A stretch of DNA of 64,000 nucleotides from Rhynchobatus australiae (Eukaryota). A program made the position numbers and the translations under genes. The DNA lies in the NCBI GenBank assembly GCA_034780895.1, contig JAUZTB010000087.1:44753795-44817794 (forward strand), given 5' to 3'. The notes beneath the pieces are model-generated. The model did not search any database and was not told the origin of the DNA. It saw only the letters and a list, made by a program, of their open reading frames with translations. Shown piece after piece: positions 61,140 through 64,000 of the stretch (positions are counted from its first letter, which is position 1; each line of letters starts with the position of its first letter).

Positions 61140-61720
61140 ATCCCTCCCACTTAACCTTTCCCGCCCTAGTGACGTGGACCTCCGTCGTAGCTCCGCCCCC
61201 TTCGCATCGGGCTGACGCGCCCCCAACCCCCGCCCATTCCCGAAACCCTGCGCTCCGTCTCTTCCCCAGCGGACCCGCCCCCCTCAGTGGCCCCCCGCCC
61301 CCTCAGCTGCACAACTTCCGGTCACGGTTAGCCCCGCCCTGTGTGAGGCTCCGCCGCCGCCGCTGTTTGTGTTTCGTTTGGTGGGGGAGCTCTGGCGGAC
61401 CGAGGGGCTGCGAGTTATTCCCTTGTTACCGGCTGTTAGAGACGCCACTCCGGCCTGCTGTAGCCCCCGCCCTCCATCCCCGGTGTGCTCCAGCATTTCA
61501 GGCCCGGCCCGTGCTGCAGGGAAGGTGAGCGTTACCGTGGGCGGCTTCAGTCGTTGGGAAGGTGCTTCGTCTGGAGTCGGTGGGCCCAGATCCCCCTGTG
61601 CGGAGGGCAGAGGTGGAAGGGTTGCAACATCACGGCGCTTACACGTCAGCGAAGGTGCGTGGCTGGGGCCTCTGGTGACTACCTCACCCCAAGTGTCAAC
61701 CTTCTGTCGGGGCGGCAGAT
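61140..61720 (+). promoter_or_regulatory. CpG-island promoter and probable non-coding first exon (about 61320..61524) of an unidentified + strand gene
   Basis: Several CCGCCC GC boxes, CRE-like TGACGT (about 61170), ETS ACTTCCGG at 61314-61321 and a strong donor AAG|gtgagc at 61524/61525. No recognisable coding exon follows inside the window. Confidence 0.7.
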
Positions 61721-61933
61721 CCGTCCTTGCCCACTGATCATGGCACTCACTCAGTCCTTACAGTCCAGTGAGGAATCAGCGGATGGGAACCCTGGCTCAT
61801 TAGATGCTCTGCAACACCTAATGCACTAAAGTAATACCACCTGGGATGGGATCAGCTAATTCAGCAATCAGCTGGAAAGTCTTCAGTGTTGGATCGTCAC
61901 TGACGATGCATACAGCAGTGGGAGTTACAGAGT

Positions 61934-63440
61934 TCCTTGTGGTTGAATTGTGCTTCGTGGAAGAGAAATCCATCAACAACCCGCAATTACATAGACCCAG
62001 ATGCTTTACCATGATAAACAAAAAGTCGATGCTATTTCAAGTAAACGAATAATGAGCAGGTGACTGAAACTTAGGTGAAATAGAAAGTATGAAGGAATGT
62101 CTGAGAAGAGTGGGAGAATTGCCGATCTTAGCTCGGAATGAGCAGAAGCCTAATTGCTGAGAGGGTTTTTTTTTGATGATGGCCGGGGGGTTGGGCTGGA
62201 GAGGATAGTTGGCAATGGGTGAGATCACAGGATATGAAAGTGAAAAGATTTTAAAATCCAATTTTATCTCCCGTTCCTTACTCTCTATGACAATGACATG
62301 TTTTGTGAACTTCCGCATAGCTGCCAGTGAGGACTGTATTTGAGTGTGGCTCAATTGGNNNNNNNNNNNNNNNNNNNNNNNNNNNNNNNNNNNNNNNNNN
62401 NNNNNNNNNNNNNNNNNNNNNNNNNNNNNNNNNNNNNNNNNNNNNNNNNNNNNNNNNNGTGGCTCAATTGGGAGCCAGTCGTGGTTAACAAGTACAGGAT
62501 GAATGAAACTTTTTCAAGGAGGGACAGAGGTCAGCAAAGTTAAATATTATTTATAGAAAGCTGAATAAGAGAGGTATGTACAAAAGTAATCAAATATAAA
62601 AGTAGCAGGAAATGGTTGACTATTTCAGCAGGAGATGAGCCAAGGCGAGGGCAAAAACTTGATTGGAAGGATTTAAGATGTGTATAAACCTGGAAGATTA
62701 TAAAGTATTCAAATACTTTGTAGAGGAAAAAGAGATTGGAAATGGGGTGCAGTTTGTATGGACTGAGGGGCCAACATTTTGAGAGGGTGATGGCATATTT
62801 GAAAGAGAGGGAACAATACTTGAAGAGAGCTGTCAATTATCATGAGCATATGAAGGGAAATTGGATAGATAGCAGTTTAGTGGGAATTCCTGTGATACAT
62901 TTGACTTGATTAATTGAACATTGCCCTCACTGACATGGTTTGCACTTTGTGAATAGTTGCTCCGTTGCCATCGTCAAGGGAAGAGGCAATGCTTGAATTT
63001 TGGCAATTGTGCCAAAAGGAAGAGAGGGAAGCAAGAGCTGCTAATCAGATAGTAACAGTCTTTGCAACAAAGTTTATGAATTCCTCACAGTTGAGAGTGG
63101 GGAAGATGAGAGTGTTTTAAGATAATTTGCAGTGCAAAAAAAAGTCCTTGTGGTTGAATTGTGCTTCTTCGTGGAAGAGAAATCCATCAACAACCCACAA
63201 TTACATAGACCCAGATGCTTTACCATGATAAACAAAAAGTCGATGCTATTTCAAGTAAACAAATAATGAGCAGGTGACTGAAACTTAAGTGAAATAGAAA
63301 GTATGAAGGAATGTCTGAGAAGAGTGGGAGAATCGGCAATCTTAGTTGAAGATAGGCACGCGGGTGATGGAGCGATTTCATTTCGGAATGAGCAGAAGCC
63401 TAATTGCTGAGAGGTTTTTTTTTGATGATGGCCGGGGTGG
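61934..63440 (+). repeat. Local direct duplication of about 260-295 bp (61934-about 62190 vs 63145-about 63440)
   Basis: tccttgtggttgaattgtgcttc...gagaagagtgggagaat...gatgatggccgggg is present twice, with a few substitutions and an extra segment of about 36 bp in the second copy. Confidence 0.9.
62540..62840 (-). mobile_element. Decayed L2-type LINE RT fragment
   Basis: PISNLFFLYKVFE...SFQSSFCP resembles L2 RPISNLPFLSKVLE...FQSGFRP. Confidence 0.6.
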
Positions 63441-63659
63441 GGGAAGGAAAAAAAAAGGTGTTTTCCTTGCAATGCTGGATGATGCTGGAAAAGAGTGTAG
63501 TTTTGGAAGCTGTGGGGAAGGCCTGAAGTTGTTTAATTTGGTCCAAATTCAATGGCTGACTGCTAAACCAAAAGTTGTTGTATTTGCATCCCTTGATGAG
63601 GGATTGGAATTAAGAGCTCCACCAGGGGAATGATCAGGGTAATAATGAGTCTTCCTCTT

Positions 63660-64000
63660 CAATAATCCCTTTGGTTTGAGGATGATGTGCTTGCACTTTG
63701 GTTCTGTCTTTTCTGAGGTGAGTGATGAGGCAAATGTGGAAACAGAAAACTTTTCCATATGTGGGCCAGGAGGTTGTTGACAGGATGTGTGTGTGGTTGT
63801 AAGAGGGTCTGCTCCTTCTGCCATTGATGCCAGGCTTCTCTGTGCTTCGGATGTACGGACTCTATTCTCAAAATCATCCCAACCACCCCCCCCCCCCACT
63901 CCACTTTGAGGATTATGGGCAAAGGTTCTTGTGAGTCGGTGGGGAAGTTGCACTTTTTTCAAGGAAGCTTTGAGCACAGCCTTAAATCTTTTCCTTTTCA
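63660..64000 (-). mobile_element. RTE-clade LINE 3' end
   Basis: ORF 63549..63977 begins LKASLKK. Remnants of the C-terminal region and a gcaagcacatcatcctcaaacc tail resemble the other RTE-like tails in the window. Confidence 0.55.

Noticed and set aside
61019-61829. Overlapping 114-169 aa Pro/Arg/Gly-rich ORFs (also those at 4468-5037 and 57237-57664)
   Set aside because: These are stop-poor by-products of CpG islands with no recognisable domains.

Overview
Vertebrate nuclear DNA, most likely a cartilaginous fish (inferred from V-SINE/HE1-like SINEs, CR1, Rex-Babar, RTE and Penelope-like repeats), from a gappy assembly with many N runs. Two spliced genes are readable. (1) A + strand LST2/ZFYVE28-like FYVE-finger gene, CDS 5040-39404: 12 coding exons are visible and the expected 90-nt exon 5 is not seen. 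It looks like a divergent paralog rather than the ZFYVE28 ortholog. (2) A complete - strand PRELID1, CDS 56357-46253, 5 coding exons, 215 aa, with a probable non-coding first exon near 57.5 kb. A third CpG-island promoter and first exon start on the + strand at about 61.3 kb; the gene is unidentified and RAB24 is only a synteny guess. The rest is intronic or intergenic DNA with decayed retroelements. Best leads: a probable 2R ohnolog of ZFYVE28 absent from the human locus; a perfect 27-bp duplication of a splice acceptor that creates a stop-containing alternative; degenerate hammerhead-ribozyme cores in a Penelope-like repeat family, including a fold-back copy; a 128-bp inverted duplication bracketing PRELID1 exons 3-4; and a uORF-dense PRELID1 leader. 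There are no prokaryotic-type systems, CRISPR arrays, rRNA or true tRNA genes. All homology calls are from recognition of sequences, not from searches.
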